From NCBI GenBank assembly GCA_045652705.1, contig JAZRUV010000039.1, positions 2,895 to 66,894 on the forward strand: a stretch of 64,000 nucleotides of DNA, in the 5' to 3' direction. This document shows, in pieces, positions 23,974-34,817 of this stretch. Source of the DNA: Clostridia bacterium (GTDB taxonomy: Bacteria; Bacillota; Clostridia; TANB77; CAG-465). Each line of letters starts with the position of its first letter. Position 1 is the stretch's first letter. The notes under the pieces were generated by a model that worked only from the letters and a program-made list of their open reading frames with translations, had not been told where the DNA came from and did no database searches. Both the position numbers and the translations under genes were made by a program.

Positions 23974-26900
23974 GTGGTACATGAAGTAAAAAATGGAAAA
24001 ACAACAAGAAAAAGTTTTTCAAGAATTGCAGAAGTTATTGATATGCCAGATTTGATTGAGGTACAAAAATCATCATACAAATGGTTTTTAGAATCTGGTT
24101 TAAAAGATGTTTTTCACGACATCTCTCCTATAGTAGACTACTCTGGGAATCTTATGCTAGAGTTTGTAGACTATAGATTAGAAGATGAAACGAAATACAC
24201 AATAGAACAAGCAAAGGAAAGAAATACTACTTATGCATCTCGTTTGCAAGTTAAAGTTCGTTTGATGAACAAAGAAACAAGCGAAATTAAAGAGCAAGAG
24301 ATATTTATGGGTGATTTCCCTCTTATGACAGATAACGGAACATTCATAATAAATGGTGCAGAAAGGGTTGTAGTAAGCCAGTTAGTAAGAAGCCCTGGTG
24401 TATATTTTGATACACAAAAGGACAAAACTGGTAAACTTATCTTTACTGGAACTGTTATGCCTAACAGAGGTACTTGGCTTGAGTATGAAACAGACCTTCA
24501 AGATATGTTATGGGTAAGAGTAGATAGAACTCGTAAAATACCGATGACTACTTTTGTACGTGCTTTGGGTATAGAAAAAGATGCTGAAATATTAGATTTA
24601 TTTGAAGATGATAAAATAGCAGCAACTCTTGAAAAAGATCCGTCTAAAACAACAGATGAAGCCCTTCTTGAAATATACAAAAAATTAAGACCGGGTGAAC
24701 CTCTACATGTAGATGCAGCAGAATCGCTACTATACGGCTTAATGTACGATGCAAGAAGATATGATTTATCTAGGGTTGGTAGATACAAATACAATAAAAA
24801 ATTAAGTATAGCAACAAGAATAGTAAATGAAATTGCAGCTGAAGATATAATAAACACTGAAACAGGCGAAATGTTTGTTAAGAAAGGTGAAAAGATTTCT
24901 CGTGAAGTTGCAAACGAAATAAAACAAGCTGGAATAAACGTTGTATATGTTGAAAAGAATGGTAAGAAAGTAAAAATTATTGGTAACAATACAGTAGATA
25001 TCTCAACATATCTAGGAATTGAAATAGATAAAAATGTTATAAAAGAAGAAGTTTACCTACCAGTGCTTAAAGAAATAATAGCAAAAACTGAAGGTAAAGA
25101 CGAAAAGGCATTAAGAAATGAAATTAAGAAAAGAAGAGAAGAACTAGTAGTTAAACACATAACAATAGACGATATAATCGCATCTATAAACTACTTTGTA
25201 AACTTCTACCATGGAATAGGCAAAATAGAAGATATCGACCACTTAGGAAACAGAAGAGTAAGATGTGTTGGTGAACTTTTACAAAACCAATTCAGAATTG
25301 GTCTTACAAGACTTGAAAGAGTTGTTCGTGAAAGAATGGCAACTCAAGACATTGATGTGGCAACACCTCAAATGCTAATAAATATAAAACCAGTAGTTGG
25401 TGCAATAAAAGAATTCTTTGGAAGCAGCCAATTATCTCAATTCATGGATCAAATAAATCCGCTTGCAGAATTAACTCACAAGAGAAGAATTTCTGCATTA
25501 GGACCTGGAGGACTTTCTCGTGAAAGAGCTGGTTTCGAAGTACGTGACGTTCACTATACTCACTACGGAAGACTATGTCCAATTGAATCTCCAGAAGGAC
25601 CTAACATAGGACTTATTTCATCACTTCCAACTTATGCAAGAATCAACAGATATGGATTTGTTGAATCTCCATATAGAAAAGTAGATAAAGCAACTGGAGT
25701 TGTAACTGATGAAATTGAATATATGACAGCTGATACAGAAGATGATTTCATCATTGCACAAGCTAACGAAAAACTAGACAAAGATAACAAATTTGCAAAT
25801 AAAAAGATTAAAGTAAGATATAGAAATGAAGTGCTAGAAGTTGCACCAGAAAAAGTTGATTACATGGACGTATCTCCTAAACAATTAGTATCTGTTGCTA
25901 CAGCTATGATACCATTCCTTGAAAGCGATGACGCTAAACGTTCTCTAATGGGATCTAACATGCAGCGTCAAGCAGTTCCATTAGTAAAAGCAGAAGCTCC
26001 AATTATTGGAACAGGAATTGAGTATAAAGCAGCGCAAGACTCTGGTACTTGTATAGTTGCAGGCCAAGATGGTATTGTAACTTATGTAAGCGGAGACAAA
26101 GTTGTAGTTGAAGGTAAACAAGGAAAAGAAGAACACGTATTAACTAAATTTAAACGTTCTAACCAAGGTACTTGTCTAAATCAAAGACCAATAGTAACAA
26201 AAGGAACTAAGGTTAAAAAAGGCGATGTGCTTGTAGATGGTTCTTCTACAGACCAAGGTGAAATGTCTCTAGGAAAGAATATTCTAGTTGGTTTCATGAC
26301 TTGGGAAGGTTACAACTACGAAGATGCTATACTAATCTCTGAAGATTTAGTAAAAGATGATGTATTAACATCAATACACATAGAAGATTATGACTGTGAA
26401 GCTAGAGACACTAAACTAGGACCTGAAGAAATTACTCGTGAAATACCAAACGTTGGTGATGATGCGTTAAAAGATCTTGATGAAGACGGTATTATACGTA
26501 TTGGTGCTGAAGTAAGACCAGGAGATATCCTTGTTGGTAAAGTTACTCCTAAGGGAGAAACAGAGCTTACAGCTGAAGAAAAACTTCTAAGAGCTATATT
26601 TGGTGAGAAATCTAGAGAAGTAAGAGACACTTCACTTAGAGTTCCTCACGGAGAAGCTGGTACAGTTATAGACGTTAAAATCTATACTAGAGAAACTTCT
26701 GATGAACTAGCTCCTGGAGTAAACAAAGTAGTAAGAATATATATTGCTCAAAAGAAGAAAATATCTGTTGGTGACAAGATTTGTGGACGTCACGGAAACA
26801 AAGGTATTATCTCTAGAGTATTACCAAGAGAAGATATGCCATATCTTCCAGATGGTACACCATTACAAATCGTTCTTAACCCACTAGGTATACCTTCTCG

Positions 26901-27657
26901 TATGAACGTAGGGCAAGTACTTGAAGTGCATTTAGGATACATTGCAAAACAACTTGGTTGGAAAGTTTCAACTCCAGTATTTGATGGTGCTAAAGAAGAA
27001 GATATAGAAGAACTATTCAAGAAAGCTGGCTTAAGCGAAACTTGTAAGTTCCCTGTAAGAGATGGTAGAACAGGTGAATTATTCGATAACGAAGTTACAG
27101 TTGGATACATGTATATGTTAAAACTATATCACTTAGTTGATGATAAAATCCACGCTCGTTCTATTGGACCATACGGAATGGTTACACAACAACCTCTTGG
27201 TGGTAAAGCACAATTTGGTGGACAAAGATTTGGTGAAATGGAAGTTTGGGCTCTTGAAGCTTACGGTGCAGCGTATGCATTACAAGAAATCTTAACAGTA
27301 AAATCTGACGATATTACAGGAAGACTTAAAACATATGAAGCTATCGTTAAAGGAGAAAGTGTTCCAGAACCAGGAATACCAGAATCATTCAGAGTTCTTA
27401 TAAAAGAACTACAAAGTTTAGGTTTAGACATGAAGTTGTATAATCATAATGATGAAGTTGAAATAAAAGAAACAGTAGACTTAACAGAAAAAGATGTAGT
27501 GCCTCTATCTAAGATGCAAGACTTCGATCCTATAGATGATGATGAATTATATGTTCTTGATGACGAAGATTCAATGTCTATCGAGGGTGAAGATGAAGAC
27601 GAAGATAGTATGGATGATTTAGATGGTGACATTTATCTTGATGATGAAGAAGTTTAA
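23974..27657 (+). CDS. rpoB: DNA-directed RNA polymerase subunit beta
   Basis: The sequence is unmistakably RpoB throughout ('[16 protein letters not shown]' and others). The GTG at 23974 is preceded by AGGGGGA. The upstream 29 codons of the ORF look non-coding. Confidence 0.97.
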   Translation: MVHEVKNGKTTRKSFSRIAEVIDMPDLIEVQKSSYKWFLESGLKDVFHDISPIVDYSGNLMLEFVDYRLEDETKYTIEQAKERNTTYASRLQVKVRLMNKETSEIKEQEIFMGDFPLMTDNGTFIINGAERVVVSQLVRSPGVYFDTQKDKTGKLIFTGTVMPNRGTWLEYETDLQDMLWVRVDRTRKIPMTTFVRALGIEKDAEILDLFEDDKIAATLEKDPSKTTDEALLEIYKKLRPGEPLHVDAAESLLYGLMYDARRYDLSRVGRYKYNKKLSIATRIVNEIAAEDIINTETGEMFVKKGEKISREVANEIKQAGINVVYVEKNGKKVKIIGNNTVDISTYLGIEIDKNVIKEEVYLPVLKEIIAKTEGKDEKALRNEIKKRREELVVKHITIDDIIASINYFVNFYHGIGKIEDIDHLGNRRVRCVGELLQNQFRIGLTRLERVVRERMATQDIDVATPQMLINIKPVVGAIKEFFGSSQLSQFMDQINPLAELTHKRRISALGPGGLSRERAGFEVRDVHYTHYGRLCPIESPEGPNIGLISSLPTYARINRYGFVESPYRKVDKATGVVTDEIEYMTADTEDDFIIAQANEKLDKDNKFANKKIKVRYRNEVLEVAPEKVDYMDVSPKQLVSVATAMIPFLESDDAKRSLMGSNMQRQAVPLVKAEAPIIGTGIEYKAAQDSGTCIVAGQDGIVTYVSGDKVVVEGKQGKEEHVLTKFKRSNQGTCLNQRPIVTKGTKVKKGDVLVDGSSTDQGEMSLGKNILVGFMTWEGYNYEDAILISEDLVKDDVLTSIHIEDYDCEARDTKLGPEEITREIPNVGDDALKDLDEDGIIRIGAEVRPGDILVGKVTPKGETELTAEEKLLRAIFGEKSREVRDTSLRVPHGEAGTVIDVKIYTRETSDELAPGVNKVVRIYIAQKKKISVGDKICGRHGNKGIISRVLPREDMPYLPDGTPLQIVLNPLGIPSRMNVGQVLEVHLGYIAKQLGWKVSTPVFDGAKEEDIEELFKKAGLSETCKFPVRDGRTGELFDNEVTVGYMYMLKLYHLVDDKIHARSIGPYGMVTQQPLGGKAQFGGQRFGEMEVWALEAYGAAYALQEILTVKSDDITGRLKTYEAIVKGESVPEPGIPESFRVLIKELQSLGLDMKLYNHNDEVEIKETVDLTEKDVVPLSKMQDFDPIDDDELYVLDDEDSMSIEGEDEDEDSMDDLDGDIYLDDEEV

Positions 27658-27680
27658 GGTGAAGGGAGGAAAATGTTAAA

Positions 27681-30600
27681 ATGGCAGATATGAATAATGT
27701 AAATCCAGAAGTTTTTGATAGATTAAGCATAGGAATAGCATCTCCAGAAAAGATTAGAGAATGGTCTAAAGGAGAAGTTAAAAAACCTGAAACAATTAAC
27801 TACAGATCCCTAAAACCTGAGCGTGATGGTCTGTTCTGTGAAAAGATATTCGGACCAACAAAAGACTGGGAATGTTACTGTGGTAAATACAAAAAAATAA
27901 GATATAAAGGAATAATATGTGATAGATGTGGTGTTGAAGTTACTAAAAAGAGCGTAAGACGTGAAAGATTAGGACACATTGAACTTGCAACACCAGTGTC
28001 TCACATCTGGTTCTTCAAGGGAATACCTAGTAGAATGAGCTTAATAATAGACGTTTCTCCTAAAGCCCTTGAAAGAGTTGTATATTTTGCAGCATACATA
28101 GTTATGGATCCAAAAGATACAGGCCTTATGTACAAACAAATTCTTTCTGAAAAAGAATATAGAGAAGCTGTAGAAAAATACGGTGAAGATTCATTCGTAG
28201 TTGGAATGGGTGCTGAAGCAATAAAAGAACTTTTATCTAAAGTCGATCTTGAAAAAGAAGAAGCTGAAATTAGAAAAGGTCTTGAGACAGCGACTTCACA
28301 AAAACGTTTGAAACTTATTAAAAGACTTGAAACTATAGAAGCATTTAGAAAATCTGGAAACAAACCAGAATGGATGGTACTAGAAGTAATACCTGTAATC
28401 CCACCAGATTTAAGACCAATGGTACAATTAGATGGTGGTAGATTTGCCACTTCTGACTTAAATGACTTATATAGAAGAGTTATAAACAGAAATAACAGAT
28501 TAAAAAGACTTATTGAGCTTGAAGCTCCAGACATCATTATACGTAATGAAAAGAGAATGCTTCAAGAATCAGTAGACGCATTAATAGACAATGGAAGACG
28601 TGGAAGACCTGTAACAGGTGCTGGTAATAGAGCATTAAAATCTCTATCAGATATGTTAAAAGGTAAACAAGGTAGATTTAGACAAAACCTACTAGGTAAG
28701 AGAGTTGACTATTCTGGTCGTTCAGTTATCGTTGTAGGACCAAGCCTAAAAATACATCAATGTGGTTTGCCACGTGGAATGGCTCTAGAATTATTCAAAC
28801 CTTTCGTAATGAAAGAACTTGTTAAAAGAGAGATGGCGTTTAATATTAAAAATGCTAAGAGAATGGTAGAAAGAGCAGTTGTAGAAGTATGGGATGTTCT
28901 AGAAGATGTAATTAAAGATAGACCAGTTCTACTTAACCGTGCACCAACTCTACACAGACTTGGTATTCAAGCATTTGAACCAGTTCTAGTAGAAGGAAGA
29001 GCGATTAAGCTACATCCATTAGTTTGTGCGGCGTTTAACGCAGACTTCGACGGTGACCAAATGGCGGTACACGTACCACTATCACCAGAAGCACAATCTG
29101 AAGCAAAATTCTTGATGCTTGCATCAAACAACCTGCTTAAACCACAAGATGGTAAAGCGGTTACAGTACCTTCTCAAGATATGATACTTGGAAGCTACTA
29201 CTTAACAGTTGCTTATGATGATGAGCCGGGTGTTGGTAAAGTATTTAAAGATGAAGACGAAGCTTTAATGGCTTATGACCAAAAAGTTGTAGGATTACAC
29301 GCTCCAATTAAACTTAGAGTAACTAAGGAAATTGATGGTGTAAAGCAATCTAGGATAATAGACACAACAGTTGGTAGAATAATATTCAATGGAATTGTTC
29401 CACAAACATTAGGATATGTAGATAGAACAAATCCAGAAAATGCTTTCAGACAAGAGATTGAATTCCCTGTTAGAAAGAAAGAAATTGGACAGATGATAGA
29501 TATGTGTATCGAAAAATTTGGTATTCCAGAAACAGCTATAATGCTAGATAACATTAAAGAACTAGGATACAAATATTCTACAATAAGCGCTATCACAGTT
29601 TCAGTTGCAGACATGGAAGTTCCAGCTGAAAGAGAAAAAATACTTAAAGAAGCTGACGAAGCAGTTGACGCAGTATATAAAAACTACAAACGTGGTTTAA
29701 TATCTGATGAACAAAGATACAACGAAGTTGTTAAGATTTGGGGTAAAGCTACAGATGACATCCAAGATGCAATTATGAGCAACCCTAACATCAAAAACCC
29801 AGTTCGTATCATGGCTCATACAGGTGCTAGAGGTAACCCTAAACAGATGAGACAATTATCTGGTATTCGTGGACTTATGGCAGATACTTCAGGTAAAGCG
29901 GTAGAAATACCAATTAGATCAAGCTTTAGAGATGGTCTAGACGTTCTTGAGTACTTCATTTCTTCACACGGTGCTAGAAAAGGTCTTGCGGATACAGCTT
30001 TAAGAACAGCTGACTCTGGTTACTTAACAAGAAGACTTGTTGACGTTAACCAAGAAGTTACTATCACTTCTGAAGATTGCGGAACTAAAGATGGTCTTTG
30101 GGTTGAAGCAATTATGGAAAGTGGAGAACCAATTGAAAAATTATCTGAAAGAATTGAAGGTAGATACCTATCTGATGATATCATAGACGAAGCAGGAGAA
30201 GTTATTTGTGCTAGAGATACATATGTAACATCTGCTATAGCTAAAGATATTGTGGGTAGAGGATTTACTAAAGTTAAAATACGTTCAGCCCTTACTTGTG
30301 ACATGGGTAGAGGAGTATGTTGTAAATGTTATGGTAAAAACCTTGCAACTGGTGAACCAATTGCGGTTGGTGAAGCAGTTGGTGTAATTGCAGCACAATC
30401 TATAGGTGAGCCAGGAACACAGCTTACAATGAGAACTATTCATACAGGTGGTGTCGCTGGAGGCGCAGATATTACTCAAGGTCTTCCTCGTGTTGAAGAA
30501 TTATTCGAAGCGAGAAAACCAAAGGGTGTTGCTATAGTTACTGAAATAGCAGGTACTGTTAAGGTTACTGCTCTAGACGATATAAACAAAAATGTAACTG

Positions 30601-31262
30601 TAACAAGTGAAGATGGAACAAGCGAAACTTATGAATTATATAGTGCTAGACCAGTTGTTAAAGACGGAGATGTTATAGCAGCAGGTGACAGACTAACAGA
30701 AGGTTCACTTGACCCACACGATATAATTCGTATAAATGGCGAAGTTGCCGTACAAAACTATATTATACAAGAAATACAAAAAGCATATAGAACTCAAGGT
30801 GTTCACATTAACGATAAACACATTGAAATTGTTGCAAAACAAATGCTAAGAAAAATAAAAGTAAATGATGCAGGAGAAACTAAACTTGTTGCTGGTTCTG
30901 TTATAGACATTAACCAATTCAAAGCGGCAAATAAAGAAGCAGCAGAGCAAGGCAAGAAACTTGCTACTGGTAAGAGAGAATTACTTGGTATTACTAAAGT
31001 TGCTCTTCTTACAGACTCATTCTTATCTGCAGCATCATTCCAAGAAACAGCAAGAGTATTAACAGATGCAGCAATTAAAGGTAAGACAGATAAACTTCTA
31101 GGATTAAAAGAAAACGTAATCATCGGTAGACTAATACCAGCAGGTACAGGTCTTGTAGATTACAAAGATATAAGCTTCTCTTCAGATGAAGAAGAAACAA
31201 CAAGCAATAATTCCGATGAAGATGTATTAAGTTCTAATATAATAGAAGAAATATACGAATAA
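27681..31262 (+). CDS. rpoC: DNA-directed RNA polymerase subunit beta'
   Basis: The 'NADFDGDQM' catalytic motif and the zinc-binding '[23 protein letters not shown]' are present. Confidence 0.98.
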   Translation: MADMNNVNPEVFDRLSIGIASPEKIREWSKGEVKKPETINYRSLKPERDGLFCEKIFGPTKDWECYCGKYKKIRYKGIICDRCGVEVTKKSVRRERLGHIELATPVSHIWFFKGIPSRMSLIIDVSPKALERVVYFAAYIVMDPKDTGLMYKQILSEKEYREAVEKYGEDSFVVGMGAEAIKELLSKVDLEKEEAEIRKGLETATSQKRLKLIKRLETIEAFRKSGNKPEWMVLEVIPVIPPDLRPMVQLDGGRFATSDLNDLYRRVINRNNRLKRLIELEAPDIIIRNEKRMLQESVDALIDNGRRGRPVTGAGNRALKSLSDMLKGKQGRFRQNLLGKRVDYSGRSVIVVGPSLKIHQCGLPRGMALELFKPFVMKELVKREMAFNIKNAKRMVERAVVEVWDVLEDVIKDRPVLLNRAPTLHRLGIQAFEPVLVEGRAIKLHPLVCAAFNADFDGDQMAVHVPLSPEAQSEAKFLMLASNNLLKPQDGKAVTVPSQDMILGSYYLTVAYDDEPGVGKVFKDEDEALMAYDQKVVGLHAPIKLRVTKEIDGVKQSRIIDTTVGRIIFNGIVPQTLGYVDRTNPENAFRQEIEFPVRKKEIGQMIDMCIEKFGIPETAIMLDNIKELGYKYSTISAITVSVADMEVPAEREKILKEADEAVDAVYKNYKRGLISDEQRYNEVVKIWGKATDDIQDAIMSNPNIKNPVRIMAHTGARGNPKQMRQLSGIRGLMADTSGKAVEIPIRSSFRDGLDVLEYFISSHGARKGLADTALRTADSGYLTRRLVDVNQEVTITSEDCGTKDGLWVEAIMESGEPIEKLSERIEGRYLSDDIIDEAGEVICARDTYVTSAIAKDIVGRGFTKVKIRSALTCDMGRGVCCKCYGKNLATGEPIAVGEAVGVIAAQSIGEPGTQLTMRTIHTGGVAGGADITQGLPRVEELFEARKPKGVAIVTEIAGTVKVTALDDINKNVTVTSEDGTSETYELYSARPVVKDGDVIAAGDRLTEGSLDPHDIIRINGEVAVQNYIIQEIQKAYRTQGVHINDKHIEIVAKQMLRKIKVNDAGETKLVAGSVIDINQFKAANKEAAEQGKKLATGKRELLGITKVALLTDSFLSAASFQETARVLTDAAIKGKTDKLLGLKENVIIGRLIPAGTGLVDYKDISFSSDEEETTSNNSDEDVLSSNIIEEIYE

Positions 31263-31280
31263 TACAATAATAACAACAAT

Positions 31281-31324
31281 AAACCAACCTAGTTAAACGA
31301 AAGTTTAATTCGGTTGGTTTTATG
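31281..31324 (+). terminator. rpoC terminator
   Basis: AAACCAACC...GGTTGGTTT stem followed by TTAT. Confidence 0.6.
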
Positions 31325-31463
31325 TGCAAAATGTGATAAAAATATCATATAATCGACAAAGTTCGACAGACTGAAAAAAGAAAGTCTTATATAATATACC
31401 CAAAAATATTTTTGCTTCTTCTATGTTAGTGATGAGGAAGCAAATTTGTTTAGGGGTATAAAT

Positions 31464-32351
31464 ATGAAAGAAAACATATATAATAACAATTATTTCTTTG
31501 TAGATGAATCAGGAGACACCACTTTCTATAATAGAAAAGGAGAATGGATAGTAGGCGAAGATAATGGGTCATCTTTAATATTAGTAATGGGATTCATTAG
31601 AACAACCGAACCGGAATTTTTAAGAAAGAAATTAAACGAATTAAAGAATGAATTAAGTAATGATGAATATTTGAAAGACATTCCATCTATGAGTAAGACA
31701 AAGTTAGCGTTTCATGCAAAAGATGATTGTCCGGAAGTTAGATATAGAGTTTTTAAATTGTTAAAAGAATTGCCTTTTTCTTGCAATATTGTTGTTGCAA
31801 GAAAAACAAAACACGTTTTTGAAAAATTTGAAGGAAATACACAAAAACTATACGATTCTTTGATTACACATTTATTCAAAAACATTTTGCATTTGTCAAG
31901 CAACAATTACATATACATAGCTACGAGGGGGAGTAAGAAAAGGCAGGCACCACTGGAAAAAGCAATACAAGATGCACTAAAATATACTGAAGAAAAATTA
32001 AGTATGCCTATTGTTTCTAATCAACAAATTTTGCCACAGACGCCATCTGGCGAAGCATGTTTGCAAATAGTAGATTATTGCAACTGGGCTATTCAGAGAG
32101 CTTTCTTAAAAAATGATATGAGATATTATAATTTTTTAAAAGAAAAATTTGGTTTAATAGTAGACTTATATGACTTTAAAAAAGGATGGAAAAACTTTTA
32201 TTCTAAAAGCAATCCGTTTGATATAAAAAAGATAAGCCCTTTACGGCTAGGTATCAAAGATACTCACAGCTTGAAGCTGACTTTCGCACGTAAAGGACTC
32301 AATATAAATGTAAGCTTTCGCTCATTGTTATTATATTTAATTGTTAAATAA
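31464..32351 (+). CDS. DUF3800-family protein
   Basis: 'YFFVDESGDT' at the N-terminus is the DUF3800 hallmark. The ATG at 31464 is preceded by AGGGG. Confidence 0.6.
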   Translation: MKENIYNNNYFFVDESGDTTFYNRKGEWIVGEDNGSSLILVMGFIRTTEPEFLRKKLNELKNELSNDEYLKDIPSMSKTKLAFHAKDDCPEVRYRVFKLLKELPFSCNIVVARKTKHVFEKFEGNTQKLYDSLITHLFKNILHLSSNNYIYIATRGSKKRQAPLEKAIQDALKYTEEKLSMPIVSNQQILPQTPSGEACLQIVDYCNWAIQRAFLKNDMRYYNFLKEKFGLIVDLYDFKKGWKNFYSKSNPFDIKKISPLRLGIKDTHSLKLTFARKGLNINVSFRSLLLYLIVK

Positions 32352-32446
32352 ATTATACATAATTTAACAATATTTGTCAAATATAATTTGTAAAAATTTT
32401 AAATATTTGATAAAAAATATAATAAACATATTATTAGAAGGATAAG

Positions 32447-32484
32447 ACAAGAACATTTTCCTAATGTCGGGAAAATGTTCTTGT
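32447..32484. terminator. Hairpin between convergent genes
   Basis: ACAAGAACATTTTCC / GGAAAATGTTCTTGT. Confidence 0.6.
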
Positions 32485-32508
32485 TTAGTATTATCAACAT
32501 TTATCACA

Positions 32509-33528
32509 TTATTGTTTCTTTGACATAACTGTATTTATAGTATCTGGATTTGTTCGAACAAATTCTATAAATATTTCTGCAAGATCTTTATCTAGTTGAG
32601 CATCTTTAACTCTATCTATTTCTAACAAAGCATCTTCTATAGTCATTTGTTCTCTATAAACTCTTCTTGAAGTAATAGCATCAAATGTATCACATATTGA
32701 AAGAATACGAGCGAGTTTTGGAATTTGTTCTCCTTTAAGACCATCTGGATAGCCTCTGCCATCGATTCTTTCATGATGGTGTCTTACTGCTGGTATAGCA
32801 TCTTTGAAAGATTCAGAACCTGCTAGAATGTTTACAGAGATTATTGGGTGTAATTTAATTTTAGTATATTCTTCATCAGTAAGTTTTCCCTCTTTTAGAA
32901 GGACAGCATCAGATATACCAATTTTCCCAATATCGTGGAAGTCTGCAGCAAGTATTAAAGTTTTTAAATCCTCTTCATCAAGTTCTAGATGTGCTCCAAA
33001 TAGTTTTGCATATTCCGCAACCCTATCACTATGTTCTTTGGTATAGTGGTCTCTAGCACCAACTGTGCTTTTTAGTGTGTTAGCTAGTTGTAAACCAAAG
33101 TTTTGTATTGTGTGGTTCATTTGTTTTATTTCATTTATTTGGTCTATATATTTGTATCCGCTCTCTATAAGAAGAATAAGGTCATCAAAACGTGCTCCTT
33201 TTTCGAAGAATGCTTGTATATCCAAAGAACGCATTATATCTATAGAAGGAGCAAGGTCTTTGTGAGCAGACATAAGTATAATATATATTTCTTTATCAAA
33301 GTCACGAACAAGTTTAACTATTTCATCGCCTCTAGTTGAAGTCATTAAGTAGTTAACTATTAAAATGTCATGTTTATTTGTTCTTAGCTCTTGTATTGCG
33401 GCAAGTGGTTCTGTAAATGTAGATAGTTTTATGTTGTAGCTGTCTAAAACTATAGATAAAGCCTGTGTTAAACCTATATCGTCGTCTATAATCATTACAT
33501 TGTTTTTGTTACTATGCACGAATATCAC
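32509..33528 (-). CDS. Receiver-domain / HD-GYP-domain protein (RpfG-type c-di-GMP phosphodiesterase family)
   Basis: The HD motif 'AADFHDIGK' and 'HHERIDGRGYPDGL' are present. The N-terminal REC-like domain has 'DILIVNYLM' at the phospho-acceptor position. Confidence 0.8.
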   Translation of the reverse strand: MIFVHSNKNNVMIIDDDIGLTQALSIVLDSYNIKLSTFTEPLAAIQELRTNKHDILIVNYLMTSTRGDEIVKLVRDFDKEIYIILMSAHKDLAPSIDIMRSLDIQAFFEKGARFDDLILLIESGYKYIDQINEIKQMNHTIQNFGLQLANTLKSTVGARDHYTKEHSDRVAEYAKLFGAHLELDEEDLKTLILAADFHDIGKIGISDAVLLKEGKLTDEEYTKIKLHPIISVNILAGSESFKDAIPAVRHHHERIDGRGYPDGLKGEQIPKLARILSICDTFDAITSRRVYREQMTIEDALLEIDRVKDAQLDKDLAEIFIEFVRTNPDTINTVMSKKQ

Positions 33529-33578
33529 CTCTAATATAACAAGTATATCAAAAACAGAAGGTATTTACAATAGAAAAT

Positions 33579-33764
33579 TTACAGAATTCTAAATGTTCCG
33601 AGTGTTACTGTGAAATCGTTTGGAAAAACTGTTATGGATTCTATTTTAAGTCTACCGGTAAGAATAAGCAAAATTACCAACAGCTTGTTTATATCTAGGT
33701 TATCACAATTTATACCACAATTATTTAAAAAGGATGAATCAAAATTGCCTAAAAAATTATCCAT
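33579..33764 (-). CDS. Small hypothetical protein upstream of the HD-GYP gene
   Basis: The ATG is preceded by AGGTGG. It is 61 aa with no motif recognised. Confidence 0.35.
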   Translation of the reverse strand: MDNFLGNFDSSFLNNCGINCDNLDINKLLVILLILTGRLKIESITVFPNDFTVTLGTFRIL

Positions 33765-33795
33765 CAAAACCACCTATTAAAATATACTCAATCAC

Positions 33796-33824
33796 TTGAG
33801 TTTTTATGTGTTACGTTGTATAAT
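33796..33824 (+). promoter_or_regulatory. Promoter (TTGAGT - 17 nt - TGnTATAAT)
   Basis: The -35 is at 33796-33801 and the extended -10 at 33817-33824. Confidence 0.45.
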
Positions 33825-33948
33825 ATGGGTGTCATTAGAAGAAATCAGTTATTCGAAAAAATTGAATAACTGAAATAATAAATAAAGACATAGGGTAAAA
33901 GCAACTACACAAGGAATTTGAGGAGTTGGAATAAATTCGGAGGGAACG

Positions 33949-34617
33949 ATGGATAAGAAAAAGATATTTTGGGTATTAATGACATTAGTGATTTCGGTGT
34001 TGCTACTAATTGTGGTAATAAATCTAGTATTCAAAAAAGATACAGTAAACGAAGGAAAATTTAGAGTAAGTGATGTTATATTAACAAGTTCAGCAGAGCT
34101 TACAAACAAAACAGAAAAAAATGGAGTATGGAGTATAGATTTATCTCAAAGAAATAAACTTAGTATGCTTGTTACAGCAGCAACAGGTGTGGAGATTAAT
34201 AGAGTATATTTAAGCGATGTAACTTCAAATGAAGGTAAGGTTATATTTTCACAATTAGACAATGAAGGTAAACTTGCATTAGATAGTAAAGGGCAAGAAC
34301 TTGCAGTAGAATATAAATTAGATGAAAATAATCAAATGCTATTAGAATTTGTAGCGCTTAATGAAAACGTTCTTAAAGATTGGATTGTACCAGAAGATAC
34401 AAAGCAAATTGTGTATGATGGTAGAATGCTTAGCACAGCTGGTATAAAGTTACAAGACATACAATTTAAATTGAAGTTTAAATTAAACATTGTTGAAAGT
34501 ACTGGAAAAACAAATACTATGAAAGTAGAATTATTACTACCAAATGAAGAGCTTGTAATTAACGGAGCAGATGTAAGAAGGCTATCTCTTTCAGACTTTA
34601 AATTTAAAGTAAATTAG
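33949..34617 (+). CDS. Membrane-anchored hypothetical protein
   Basis: SD GGAGGGA is present. An N-terminal TM 'IFWVLMTLVISVLLLIVVINLVF' is followed by a beta-rich extracellular part. Confidence 0.5.
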   Translation: MDKKKIFWVLMTLVISVLLLIVVINLVFKKDTVNEGKFRVSDVILTSSAELTNKTEKNGVWSIDLSQRNKLSMLVTAATGVEINRVYLSDVTSNEGKVIFSQLDNEGKLALDSKGQELAVEYKLDENNQMLLEFVALNENVLKDWIVPEDTKQIVYDGRMLSTAGIKLQDIQFKLKFKLNIVESTGKTNTMKVELLLPNEELVINGADVRRLSLSDFKFKVN

Positions 34618-34640
34618 AAATAGAAAAATATAAAGTACAC

Positions 34641-34669
34641 TTGAAAAATACAAGACTATATTGTATAAT
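34641..34669 (+). promoter_or_regulatory. Promoter of the SRP RNA gene (TTGAAA - 17 nt - TGnTATAAT)
   Basis: The -35 is at 34641-34646 and the -10 at 34664-34669. Confidence 0.55.
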
Positions 34670-34675
34670 TACTAA

Positions 34676-34768
34676 AGTCGCTTTGGCAATAGCGAGTTTG
34701 TGAACCTTGTCAGGTCCGGAAGGAAGCAGCAATAAGCAAATGATGCTATGTGCCGTGGGCGACCTTTT
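34676..34768 (+). ncRNA. ffs: Signal recognition particle RNA, short (4.5S-like) form
   Basis: It contains the universally conserved domain IV sequence GTCAGGTCCGGAAGGAAGCAGC. The closing helix is GTCGC...GCGAC, followed by a T-tract. The position upstream of dnaX is the classical one in Firmicutes. Confidence 0.8.
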
Positions 34769-34817
34769 TGTATATATAGCATTTGTAGTAAGATTATTAA
34801 ATATAAGGGGTTAAAAT

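Noticed and set aside
24231-31123. Antisense ORFs inside rpoB/rpoC (for example 24498-24989, 28001-28537, 29273-29614, 30803-31123)
   Set aside because: They lie opposite extremely conserved coding sequence, are Ser/Leu/Ile-rich and low-complexity, and lack SDs. They are typical shadow ORFs of AT-rich genes. The same reasoning applies to the antisense ORFs in gyrA, typA, adhE, dnaX, VanW and the ABC transporter.
33846-33872. Inverted repeat CAGTTATTC-N9-GAATAACTG in the 5' UTR of 33949-34617 as a terminator or attenuator
   Set aside because: It is not followed by a T-tract on the plus strand. It may be an operator, but a single short hairpin is not enough evidence.
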